Shown here one piece after another: positions 27,275 through 41,672 of a DNA stretch of 64,000 bases (positions are counted from its first letter, which is position 1; each line of letters begins with the position of its first letter). A program made the translations under genes and the position numbers. The notes under the pieces were generated by a model, which ran no database searches, was not told the origin of the DNA, and was given only the letters and a program-made list of their open reading frames with translations. The stretch is taken from the NCBI RefSeq assembly GCF_009914755.1, contig NC_060933.1, one strand, 5' to 3'. This DNA is from the human T2T-CHM13v2.0 reference genome, Homo sapiens.

Positions 27275-29335
27275 CTTAAAAGCTCCACAGTGTGCTACAT
27301 CTGCAAGACATTGCTGTGTATTCTTCAACTGGATGCAAAGTGCTTCATTCTGAAGTTGATTTGTCAAATTGTTTCCTTTGAGTGACCTCCAGCTATTAGC
27401 TAAAGTAAGAAACATGTCACCTACTGAAAATGATGCAAGAGACAGAAAGCATCATGGAGACGAGCAAATTTAGCTTTCAAGAGGTCTAATAAAACCCAAG
27501 GCAATTCTGGCACAATTAGAATTCAACACCAAATTTCTTAAGTACAAGAATAATGCTCCACTTGTCCCATTATGCTGCTTCACCTTCCCAAAAATCTAAA
27601 TGGAATGGGATTGAAGAAAGACATCAAAACCTCCAAACCCATCAGTGTCTGTTCCAACTGCTTTCTTCTACAATGTTATTATTACTTCTGTCCATTTGGG
27701 TTCTACCACAGAGAGTCCCAGGAGTTGTATCCTCATCAAAGAGCAAACTGTAATTATTCACTTGTTCCCCCACCCCACCACTACCCCAAGGAGCAGGACT
27801 TGTTCTGTGCCCCTCAAATGCCCCTCAATCATTTATGTATACACCTTTCTCCAACACTGAGAGGCCTAGCAAAGCCGGAGAGTCACGTTGTCCAGTGTGT
27901 TGTGTGTGCACAATCAGCAGTAGATGCTTAATAATTACATCAGGAGAACTAAAATGGCATGAAATCACCTCAGAAATCCTAGCATCTAGAAAGGAAACCC
28001 AGTAGGAATGGTTGACAGTTCTCTCCCAATTGACTGTCATTCCTTTAAAAACTATCACCACACAGGAGAACATGACCAATTTCACACAGTTCCCATATTC
28101 CTCCAGTCACTGGCACAGTGTTCTGCCCACCGTGATGCCACTGGCATACCTTTTCATGGGTAAGGTGAATAAATGACTGACTAAGAAACACTCAAGCTTT
28201 TCTTTTAACCACAGTGCTGTCTATTCAAAACATCATTCCATTGTCTTTGAAATGTTCATGAACCATTTTCTACAAATATGTGGAGGTGGATTCCTTCCTT
28301 CAGGTAGATTACTGATGTTGGTACATTCACAACTTACATGTCTCAAGGCACTTAGGAAAGAGAAAAAAAAAAAACAAAACATTAACTCTTTGACCATGAA
28401 TTTCTTCAGTGAGGAGGAAGAGGTATTATTATGGTACCTATAACAGAATTGAGGTGTGTATGTTTCTTAGCAGCTAATGACTAAACCAGTTGCTTTCTAA
28501 AGCTCAATCTTTAGACTTGGTTTGCTAATCCAAACATATACAATAGAATGATTTGAATCAAGTAAATATGAGGCATTTTTCTGAGGTGACTATTTAAATT
28601 AAGCTACTGCATAAGTACCAAATGAACCTAAGCTCCTTGACCACAGAAATGTAGCAGTTTCACAGACTCTGTCCTAGCTTTCCAATTCTCCTCTTCAAGC
28701 TGGCTTGAAACTGGCATTTTTCTAAAGGTGTAAGCTCTACTGGGAGCTATATTAGAGTATAAGATTTTATTTTTAAAAAACCAGTGCTTAAATACTGCCC
28801 CTGAAGAAGTTTTGATTCTACTTGGTGGTGGAGAATATACAAAACCTGTTCAAAGTCACAGACACCTTAAAGAATTGGTCTGCTTGCTGAATGACCTACT
28901 CCCATGGCTGTTTCTGCTTCCAATTCTATGCATCTTACTCTCTGTGTATACTGTTGGAAAGTCTCTCTTGACATCTTGATTTTCTTTTTTAAAAAGAACA
29001 TGGTTCAGTACATTTTAAAATACCAATCTTGTGTTAGAGTTTCACACATTAAAGAAACAAACATAAATACTCAGCTGCTCCATATGTCTGCAGCTAAATT
29101 ATAAAAAGAGCGTGCAAGGGCAGAGTGTCCTTCAAGGTACTTTGGTTGAGAGATATACATCACAAACATGGACTAACAAGCACATGTCTTGAGATGAGGA
29201 CAGTACTGACTCACTGTCACCAGCCACTAACCCTCCAAGGGCCGGTCTTTTCTTCTAAAAATGTGTCAGCTGTTAATCTCTGAGATCCTTCCTTCAGAAG
29301 TAAAATCACAGGAGTCCATTTTCAAGAGGGCTTAC

Positions 29336-29406
29336 CTGGTAATTTGTGTTCTTGTACTGAAGTCAAGAGACCTCATTGAGCGCAGAACTTCAATGCACCC
29401 CAAGTA
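29336..29406 (-). CDS. SHC3: SHC3 coding exon (71 nt, exon 2; N-terminal part of the PTB domain)
   Basis: The minus strand reads ttttttccccttgcag|TACTTGGGGTGCATTGAAGTTCTGCGCTCAATGAGGTCTCTTGACTTCAGTACAAGAACACAAATTACCAG|gtaagc, with a canonical acceptor and donor (phase 0 in, phase 2 out). It translates to [23 protein letters not shown](R), which I recognise as the SHC3 PTB sequence; SHC1 has [24 protein letters not shown]. Confidence 0.96.
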
Positions 29407-30211
29407 CTGCAAGGGGAAAAAATGTAAATCGTGAGCCCTGAGATTTGAGATAAAGAGACAACTCCTAACTATACAAGGGCATTTTTGGGAGCCATACACA
29501 TTTCTTAAATCACATTTTAACTTTAAATTCTAGGGTGAGGCTTTGTTTTGTTTCTATAAAAGCAATAACTCACAGCCACAAGAAAATATCATGAGTGGTT
29601 AGATTGGCACTACACTGGATTTTTCTAAAACCTGTTAGTATTTTCATCTTATTTGGATGTACACTTTTTAAAGTTTTTATGGAAGTATAACTTATATACT
29701 GTGAAATCCAGGGATCTTAAATGTTTAATTCAATGATTGTTTAAACATATATTTGCCATGAAACCACCACCCAGACCTCAACATTGCATTTCTAGTCTTT
29801 TACGAGGCTTCTACAGGTTTACAATTTTTAGAGAAAGAATGAAAACATGATATGACCAACATTTTCATCAACATTAAATGTCATTATCTGATAAATATAT
29901 TTTGGGTTCTATGAACTATAGATTACCCTCAAAGGTGATTTACTTTGGTTTACCAGATCTTCTGCATGATCATAAATTTTTAGAAGCTCAGATTTATACA
30001 TCTAAATGCATAGCTAAATTTTGATCAGTTTCACACATGAAAATGTATATGTGTAAGTATATGGACATAGCTAAAGTTATGGATAAAGAGCTAGATCCAA
30101 TAGTTATGTTCCAAAGCCTTTGGGGAGTTTGAAGATACAGATGTTTTAGATAAATGCCTTAGATTTAGCAGAAGGAGATCTCATGGTATGGTACAGAAAA
30201 AACTGCATTTG

Positions 30212-30282
30212 GTGAACCGAGATCATGCCACTGCACTACAGCCTGGGCGACAGAGCGAGACTCCATCTCAAAAAAGAAAAAA
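30212..30282 (+). mobile_element. Severely 5'-truncated Alu (last ~58 nt plus tail)
   Basis: gtgaaccgagatcatgccactgcactacagcctgggcgacagagcgagactccatctc followed by an A tail. Perfect 17-bp TSD agaaaaaactgcatttg at 30195-30211 and 30283-30299. Confidence 0.93.
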
Positions 30283-30399
30283 AGAAAAAACTGCATTTGA
30301 ATTATTTAGAAAATGTGAATTGGAGGCTGGCTTTGTCATATCTTCTTATAACTTTAAATTTATCTGAGCCTGTCTATACACCCATAAATGTGATTATTA

Positions 30400-33300
30400 C
30401 TCCCACCATTGCACCACCACCAATATCACTATTGTCACTAAGATATGTGAAGACCACAACAAACTTTGCAGACTCGGGGGATTACCATACCTAACACCAT
30501 TAGAGTTATATGACTACCACAAAAACATCATCATGGAATTACTTGAATACCTCAACCACTGTGGCAGCATTAAGAGAATACCACTACCAAGGCAGATATT
30601 TGAATAGCACCACTACCATCACAGTTATGTGAATTCCATGACCAATGTCAGAGAAATATGAATTAGGCTACCATCAACATTGCAGAGTTATGTGATTACA
30701 ACAACCAACATCACAGGTTCATGTGAATAATAGGACCAATGTCACAGAGTTATGTGAATACCACCAGCATCAAAGCCACAGAATTATCCAAACACCAAAG
30801 CCACCATTGCAGAGTTACGTGAAAACCACCACCTATGTCACAAAGTTATATGAATACTACAACTGACAACAGAGTTATGTGAATACCATGAACATCAATG
30901 TCATAGAATTGTGGGAATACGGGAATACCACCACCACCATGCTGTTCCAGAATTATGAGAATTATGAAGATACCACAAAAAAACCAACGTGGCAGAGTTA
31001 CACGAACACTACCACTATCATTGTGGAATTACGTAAATATCATGCCAATGCCATAGAGTTATTTGAAAACTATGAACAATTCAGAGTTATGTTAACACTA
31101 CCACCATTATTACAGAGTTTTGAAAATACCTGTCCCCCCATGGACGTATACAGTTAGCCCTACATGTGTGCAGGTCCCACATTCACAGATTCAACAAACT
31201 GTGGATTGAAAATAGAAAAAAAAACAATAAAAGTAGTGCAAATAAACAATATAGTAACAACTATTTACATAGCATTTATATTATATTAGGTATCGTAAAT
31301 AATCTAGAGAGGATTCAAAGTATAAAGGAGGCTGTGCACAGGCTACATGTAAATACTATACCATATTATATAAGAGATCTGAGCATCTATGGATTTTGGT
31401 ATCCTAGAGGGTCCTGAAACCACTCTGTGGATGCTAGGTGATGAGTATATTTATATAAATAACATGACTAGAGTCACAGAATTATGCAAATACTCCATCC
31501 ATTATTACAGAGTTAAGTGAAAACTATGACCAATGTTGCAGAGTTATATAAATACCCCCACCATTGTTGCAGAGTTATGATTTGCAACCTCATCCACAAT
31601 TACATGTTTATAAGACTACCACCAGCAGCAACACTGCAGTTATGTGAATATAATCCCCACCAGTATCATAAAGTTAGGTGAATACCACTACCACTGATGT
31701 CGCAGCGTGATATGAATGCCACGTTCAACATGACAGAGCTATGTAAATAGGCAACCAATGACACAGTTATGGGAATACCAACAACACTACTGTCACAGGG
31801 TTATGTGACTCGCACAACCAAGTCACAGGGTTATTTGAATACCATGACCACCATCACAGTTATATGAATATCATGACCACCAGAGTAGAGTACCACCTGC
31901 ATCAACTTCACAGCATATACGAATAACATGACTGACATCTCAAAGTTAGATGAGTACTGTCTTCTCTGTCATTGCAGAGTCATGTCAATGCCACCACTGA
32001 TAACCTCACAGATTTATTGGAATGACACAGCCAACTTTGCAGAGTTATCTGTTTACAACCATGACCAATATCACAGAATATTGTGAATACCACCATAACC
32101 AACACCACAGAGCTACATGAATACCACCAACAACAATGATGCAAAATTATGTGAATTCCATAATCAGCAAGGGAGTTATGGGAACACCACATTCACTGTC
32201 AGAGATATTATAAATACCACAACCGCCAATGCTGCAAAATTGTGTGACTATCATGGCAAATGTCATGGGTTCATGTGAATACCACTGCCACCAATAGAGA
32301 ATTATGTAAATACCATCATCAGCAATGTCACAGTGCCATGTGCATACCACCAGCAGCACCAATGCATAATTATGTTAACACCATGATGAATCTCAGTTCT
32401 GTGAATACCACAGCAATCATCTTAGAGTTGAATGCACATCATGATGAACTGCACAGTGCATGTCAACCCTACTACCACCAGCATTGCAGAGTCATGCAAA
32501 TACCAGGACCACTTTCAAAAGATTGTGTGAACACCATGAGTAATGTCATTGAGTTATATGACCACCAGCAACAACACTGCAGTGTCACATGAACAGCAAT
32601 GACAATGTCACAGATTTACCTGAATACAACCACCACTCTTGCACTTAGAGTAACACAACCACAACCATTATCACAGAACTATGTGAATACAATGATCAAT
32701 ATCACAGTTATGTGAATAGCACCACAAACATTGCAGAAATATGTAAATACCACCACCACCAATGTCACAGTGTTAGGCAAGTACCATAATTAATGTCATA
32801 ATTATGTGACTATCAGCAGCAGAACCATAGCACAGTTATGTGTGTACCACCATCGATGTTGCAAAATTACGTGATACTGTGATGAAGGTTGCAGTATGGG
32901 ACTATTATGACAAATTTCACAGTTATGTGAACCCCACCATCAACTCCAATATTGCAGTCATGTAAATACCACAACCATGAGTGGAGAATTACATAAACAT
33001 CACCAACAACGTCACCATGTTATGAGACTAACAGTACCACGGTGTTGCACAATTATGTCAACACCACAACAAACGTTGCAGAGTTATGTGAACACCATGA
33101 CAAACTTTGCAGTCTGTGACCACCATCATGGTGTTATGTGAATACAACCAACATCACAGAGTGATGTGGATACACCACCACCACTATCACAGAGTTACGT
33201 GAATACAACCACCACCACCACCACAGAGTTTATGGATACTGTGGCTAATGCCACAGAGTTGTGTGGATACCACAACCAAAGCTGCAGAAATATGTGAATA

Positions 33301-34005
33301 CCACCAACACCAACACCCCAACACCAAAAGATGTGAAAACCACAACTGGCATCACAGTTATGTGAACACCATAAACAATGATGCAAAATTGTCAATTCCA
33401 ACACTCAGAGTTATATGAATACTATGACCTCCCATGTCACAGCTATGTGAATACCGTGAACAGTATCACTGAGTTATGTAAATATCGCCATCAACATCAC
33501 AGAATTATGTGAATACCTCCATCAATGTCACAAGGTGAAATATGAATACCATGAACAACATGGCAGAATTATGTGGATACCATGACAATACTGCAGTTAT
33601 GTAAGTACCACCGACACCATAACAGAGTGCTGTTTATACCACATCCACCAGCACAGAATCAAGGAAATGCCACCATCACCACTATCACATGAATAACAAT
33701 TAACATTGCAGAGTTATGTAAATATGACCATAATCAGCATCACAGATTTTCGGGATGATGCCCTGCTCCTCTGTCATAGGGTTATGTTAAGATCACAACC
33801 GAGTTTGCAGATTTATGTAAATATCACAATGTACATTGAAGAGTGATGTGGTTACCACCCACTAACATATAGTCACAGAATTATGTAAATACCACCACTT
33901 CTTTTACAGAGTTATGTGTAGCCTGGGCCTAATTTCTTGTAGTTATATTACCAGCAACACCACCTTTGCAGTGAATGTGAATACCAGCACCAACGTCGCA
34001 GACCT
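30400..34005. repeat. Ancient degenerate ~31-35 bp tandem array (about 100 units by eye)
   Basis: Recurring unit T(CA/TG)CAGAGTTATGTGAATACCAC(CAC)nCAA(TG/CA) throughout, interrupted only by MER2. Confidence 0.92.
31151..31447. mobile_element. MER2 (TcMar-Tigger) inserted in the tandem array
   Basis: ta|cagttagccctacatgtgtgcaggtcccacattcacagattcaacaaactgtggattgaaaata...gagcatctatggattttggtatcc...ggtcctgaaacc; TA flanks. Confidence 0.85.
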
Positions 34006-34019
34006 GAATTGCCCTCTCA

Positions 34020-37000
34020 AAGATGTGCAGCAATTTGTCCTCTCATCACCCGGCATAAGCAAGCATAGTGGTCTCTGTCCTTCCCAGTACTGCAGTGTCA
34101 ATTTTTTGAATCTTTGCCAAGGATGAGCAAAAGTAACTCATTTTGTTTTAGTTTGCATTTCCCTCAAATCTAATAAGGTGATTTTTCTCACATGCTTATT
34201 GGCCATTTGCATTTCTTTTTCTGTTATTTGATTGTTCATATCTTTCTGCCCAGTTTTCAATTCAGTTATTTATCTTTTTCTTTTAGATTAATTGATATTA
34301 ACTTCTTATTCAATCATCTTTCTTTTGGTGGCATCTACATTTTATCTGACAAAAATTATTGCTTTCAGTTGTTAGAGGTATTTTGGGAAAAAAGAAAATT
34401 ATGACTGTAGTAATTACAATAATCATATATGTTGGTCATTTTCTAGATGGCTTCTGAGAGTCTTGTTTTCCTTAAGAAGGTCTTCCTAACCTTAAGTTCT
34501 TACTAATATTCTCCTTTTATTTTAATAATATTTATTATTTATGCATTCATTTATTTGTTTTATTTAATGTTTTTCATTTAGCTTTTCAATTCATTCGGAA
34601 TGCATTTGTCTACATAGGATATGGGAAGAGTTATGATATTTAGCTGCCAGATGGACTGTCACTCATGTTCATACCATTTATTTAATAAGTCATCCATTTA
34701 TTCCTGAACTGAGGTGCCAACTTGACAGTATATTAAATACCTATTTCTGTGTGGACTTTTACCTGAATTCTGTTCTCTTCATTTGTCAACTGCTGTCTCT
34801 TGTATGTATTTTTTTTCTGAAGAGATTTAAAATCATTTTGTGAAGTTTCCTTACCCCTCAAAAATGATTTAGATTCTGATTGAAATTTCATATTACAGTC
34901 TATACTTTTCTTCTACATTGTATTCCAAGGCACTTTTTTTTTAAAGTGTTGGTCACCACAGGGAGTGAGAGTTTAATTTTTTCCATTCCGTCTCTACCTA
35001 TTTTTTTTTTTTTTTTGCTAACAGAGACAAAATCTATTGACTTAGGGTAAAAAGAGAAAACTCAAGCAGTGGGCTCCAGAGATACACAAAACTGGATTAT
35101 GAAAGCTAAACAATGGAGCCCAGAAAATCTCCTAGTGCCAAAAAGACTGAAACACAAATGGAAATGTAAAGTGTTAGAGTTTAGATGCATCTGCCTCATA
35201 GGAATTCCAGAAAAAGAAAATTTTAAAAAGAAGAAAAGAAATATTCAAATATCAGCAAAACAAAATGTTTAGTGTTAGAGACAGGGTTGGTCACATTTTC
35301 ATGGCTCCCAGGAGAAATGCAAAGAAACATGCACTCATGGACCACAGTTGCCTAATTTCAGACACACAGATCAAGAGAGAAACATTCTAAAAGTTTTCCA
35401 GGAGTAGGAAAAAAAAAAAAGACAGGTTACTTAAAAAGGAAGGAGGTGTGGAATGTTAATGTTCTCTTTCAGCACCAAATACATGAGGACAAATAACATC
35501 ATCAAAAGTCTGAAGAATAGAAATATTGAGCCAAGAATCTTATATGCACCCAAACTAGCATCCCAGTAGGAGGGCAAAGCGAGGACTCAGAAATTTAACC
35601 ACCCACAGACACTCTGAAGGAATTATTCCAGAAAAACAATGAATACAAAGAAGAGGAGGATGTGGGCTGCAAGAAACAATGACGATAAAAGAATCAGTAA
35701 AAGTTGCAGATACACCTTATGCCTTAATAATTATTGATGCGTAACTTTAAATATGTATTTTTTACAATGATCAGAAACTAGTATCTCAGGAGATCTAAAC
35801 ATGGAAGGTAAGGGAACGATGGCCAGGAGAGGTGGGAGAAGAAAAGGTATAGCATGCCAAGCGCTGTTCAGTTTTGTGGAGGTAGGTCCGGAACTGAGTA
35901 GTTCTAGGTAACAGTAAAAAATTATGTTTATATATGTGTGTAAAAAATTATATATCACTGTAAAAATAAGAATAGAATAAGAGACCTTCAAACTACTATA
36001 GAACAAAAGAAAGAAACAAAAATAGCCCAGCCAATAAAAAGAAGGGATACAAGTAGAATATGCACAGATGAAAGGCAAAGATAAAGTATAAACATCAGTA
36101 ATAGTTCCCAATACCTCTAATTACAATAACCATAAATGCATCAAACCTGCCAATTAAAAGTCAAAGCCCTTCACAGGTTAAAAATATGTATGGGTTAAAC
36201 AAAGTGATGAAAAGAAGACAAAGGAAATACTAGATATATAAAACATATTCTATATCAGACAAATGCTAGCAAAAGAAAACAGGGGTTTAATATGGGGAAA
36301 TATCTTGTTTACAATAGCAAGAACGAAAAAACATAAAATGAATTTAATGAGAAATGTACAAAATCAAATAGAAGAAAACTTTAATGAAAGGTGAGTGAAT
36401 AAAAGAAAACCTGCTTATGTGGAAAGACATGTCATGCTTTCTGGATTGGAAGATTCAATAGAAAACATGCCAATTCTTCCCCAAATTAATCTACAATTTG
36501 ACTGTGATGACAATTAAGTTCCAACAGCACTTTTCCCCCAGAACATGGGAAATTAATTCTAAAGTATATGTAATAAAAGATGATCCTTAAGAACACAAAG
36601 AAATTTCTGAAGAAGATAAAAAGGAACTGGTGAAAATAATGTGGGAACAGGCGAGTCATACAAGGAATTAGAAGACAGTCCAGGAGAAAGAGCACACATG
36701 TCCATGGGAACCATTGAAGAAAGGATGAGCCATAAGGTGATGCTGTGATTAGCTAGTACATTAAGAAGAGAATCCATGGAGCAATGCAGCCTAGCCCAGC
36801 GCCATTGTGCAAGGTTGTGTAAGGCGTGTGTTACTGTGGTGTAGAATGGGATATTCCCCCCAGCATGTCCAGCGTACCCCATACACAAATATAAACGCTA
36901 AAATGGTTAAAGAGCCAAACCTAAGAAACAAGATATAAAAGCATTATAAGAATCTAGAGAATAATATTTTTATAACAAGACCTAAAACTCAAAGGCCATA

Positions 37001-37500
37001 AGTGAACTCATGAAAATCAATAGTTTTTGTAAAACAAAACAAATGACATAGGTAGCATGAAAAGGCAAGTGAAAGACTGAGAAAAATGTAATAAATTAAA
37101 CAAAACCTTTAATATCCAGGGTACTCAAAGAGTTTCTGTGAGTCATTAAGTCAGCCCATCAACTCCATAGAAAAAAATAGGCAAAGGGTACAAAAAGGAA
37201 ATTCACAGAAGAAAGGCAATTGGCCAATATACATCTGTAAAGACTAGTAATCTGAGAAATTAAAATTAACACTGAAAAAGATACAATTTTTCACCCAGCA
37301 GAATGGTCAAATTTGGTGAGAACACAGGAAAATGTGCCTTCTCACATATTCTTCGAGCAAATGTACTTTGATGAAGCCTTCTTGGAAAACTATATGGAAG
37401 TATCTATGGATATACAAGATGCACTTGCCCTTTGACCCACTAACTTTATTTGTAGAACTCTATTCATGTGTAAGTGCATAAAACCATAAAGATATTTGTT
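34020..37500. mobile_element. Old L1 remnants (minus ~34020-35040; plus ORF1/ORF2-like ~35130-37500)
   Basis: gtttgcatttccct...catgcttattggccatttg on the minus strand. ataggaattccagaaaaaga, ccaagaatcttatatgcacccaaacta and ttctggattggaagattcaata on the plus strand. Confidence 0.6.
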
Positions 37501-37524
37501 ACTTTCTTTCCCATATAGAGTTTA

Positions 37525-39357
<1,833 letters not shown>

Positions 39358-39628
39358 AGCCATTTTTAAAATGATGCAAACTTAGATTCTCCAAAAGACA
39401 CCAGCACTCCCTCCACATTCTATTAGTTAAAGCAAGTCACGGAGTCAGCCAGATTCATGGGAAAGGGCCACCTAAGGGTATGAACCTGAGAAGACTTGGC
39501 TCACTGAGTCAACCTTTGGAGACAAGTGAGCAGAGAGGAGACTTGGATGGAGCAGGTGCTGCTAGGGTGGGGAGTCAGGTGGGGGAGTAGGAATTGTGGG
39601 AAGGAGGTCTTTTACCTCTAAATACTTC

Positions 39629-39975
39629 TGTTACCAAGGGATGGGCTTGCTTCCCGATCAGCATAGAAACCAATACTATGGCGCCAGCTTTTGTGAAAAG
39701 AAAGGCTTTATGGCAAGTCAACTGGCAAGGAGGCAGGAGGCAAGGCTCAAATCTGACTCCGCATATTGGGAGTGGGTCATGCTTTTATGGGATTGCTAAC
39801 TAGTCCCAGGTGATGCCAATGCAGCCAATCTGCCAGGTGGGTGGTGTTACGAATTAGGAGTTTGAAGCTTTTCCCTATTGCACATGCATGGGCTATATGA
39901 TGCAATTTTTGCTCTCCACCATTGCTAACAACTTAAGCAATGGTTAATCAGCTTCAGCTGGTCCTGTGGTTATAC
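39629..39975 (-). mobile_element. Old ERVL-type solo LTR (MER54/74/76-like); probable MLT1 fragment at ~39400-39530
   Basis: Begins tgttacc and contains gctttatggcaagtcaactggcaaggagg...gctcaaatctg. Subfamily is uncertain. Confidence 0.5.
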
Positions 39976-40845
39976 TTCTGTTTTGTTTAAACATGTTGTA
40001 AAAAGAATGTGTTTACTAATTACTTGCACAACTTCAAATAATAAAAAAACTAAAAATATTTTCCACCAAAAAAGACCATGCTTAATAAAATTGGACCTCC
40101 ATGGTGTGATCAGAATTGCTCACAGAGCAATCAACAGATGTCTGGTGACTCCAATTAGAAACTATCTGGAACCTCCCTCCTCAATGATCCTCTTGAGGGT
40201 CATCTCATTCTGATGAGAGATGGAAGAGGGAAGGGGAGGCAGTGAGACCAGCCAGCCCTCTTCCTCCAATAAGTCTCAGGTGGGCTTGTCCATGTTCATC
40301 ATTGAAATCCATCCTCCTGGCTTCAGGAATTGGTCAGGGGTGGGTGTGTGATCCCAGCCAAGCCAGTGTGTCAAGATCTGGGGGTGTCACTAGAACTGCG
40401 GGGAGTACCGGCTGCTTTTTGTTTTTGACAAAGTCAAATCCAGCTTCAGAGAGCTATACATCATTCCGTCCTCCTGTTTCTCAGCCACCAAACTTTCCTG
40501 GCCAGAGGAATTTATAAGAATTCATGGATAATTAACCCTGGTGATTTCTACCTTCAGTGTCTATTAGAGCCATCTTCTGAGGTCCATTTGGAATTATGAT
40601 GTGCCCAGGCCTGTTGTTTCCAAGAAGGGCCCATAAATGGGAATGTCATCCATGCTAGACCTGATGGAAAATCTATTATAATATGAACATTTTATTGTTA
40701 GTATGCTGACTAATTTGCCTTTTAGGCATCTGGTACTGGGCAAAAAGGGTCTCTTAAATGACTTTAAAATATTTAAGCAATCATTCAATTGTAGCTAATA
40801 ATAGAAGTGTTTGCTTCCTAATTACATATAAAAACTCCTGCATTG

Positions 40846-41672
40846 CCAGCAAACATATGAAAAAAAAAAAGCTCATCATCACTGGTCATCAGGGAAATGC
40901 AAATCAAAACCACAATGAGATACCATCTCATGCCAGTTAGAATGGCTTTCATTAAAAAGTCTGGAAACAACAGATGCTGGCAAGGATGTGGAGAAATAGG
41001 AACACTTTCACACTGTTGGTAGGAGTGTAAATTAGTTCAGCCATTGTGGAAGAGTGTGGCGATTCCTCAAGGATCTAGAACCAGAAATACCATTTGACCC
41101 AGCAATCCCATTACTGAGTATATATGCAAAGAATTATAAATCATTCTACTATAAAGACACATGCACAAGTATGTTTACTGCAGCACTATTTACAATAGCA
41201 AAGACTTGGAACCAACCCAAATGCCCATCAATGATACACTGGATAAAGAAAAGTGGCACATATACAACATGGAATACTATGCAGCCATAAAAAAGAATGA
41301 GTTTATGTCCTTTGCATGGACATGGATGAAGCTGGAAACCATCATCCTCAGCAAACTAACACAGGAACAGAAAACCAAACACTGCACGTTCTCACTCATA
41401 AGTGGGAGTTGAACAACAAGAACACATGAACACAGGGAGGGGAACATCACACACCGGGGCCTGTCAGGGGGTGAGGGGAAGGGGAAGGAGAGCGTTAGGA
41501 CAAATACCTAATGCACACGGGGCTTAAAACTTAGATGACAGGTAGATAGGTGCAGCAAATTACCATGGCACATGTCTACCTATGTGACAAAACCTGCACA
41601 TTCAGCACATGTATCCCAGAACTTAAAGTAAAATAAAAAAAAAAATAAGAAATCTGAAAAAAGGAAAAAAAT
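40846..41672 (+). mobile_element. L1PA (PA8-PA10-like) 3' end
   Basis: ORF2 C-terminus WRFLKDLEPEIPFDPAIPLL...MKLETIILSKLTQEQKTKHCTFSLISGS, followed by a 3' UTR and A-rich tail. Confidence 0.92.

Noticed and set aside
30400-34005. Tandem array as a CRISPR-like locus or a mucin-like Thr/His-rich coding exon
   Set aside because: The context is eukaryotic, there are no cas genes, and the inter-core segments are related CAC-rich variants rather than unique spacers. Unit length is not a consistent multiple of 3 and all frames are broken by stops (longest ORF 110 aa).
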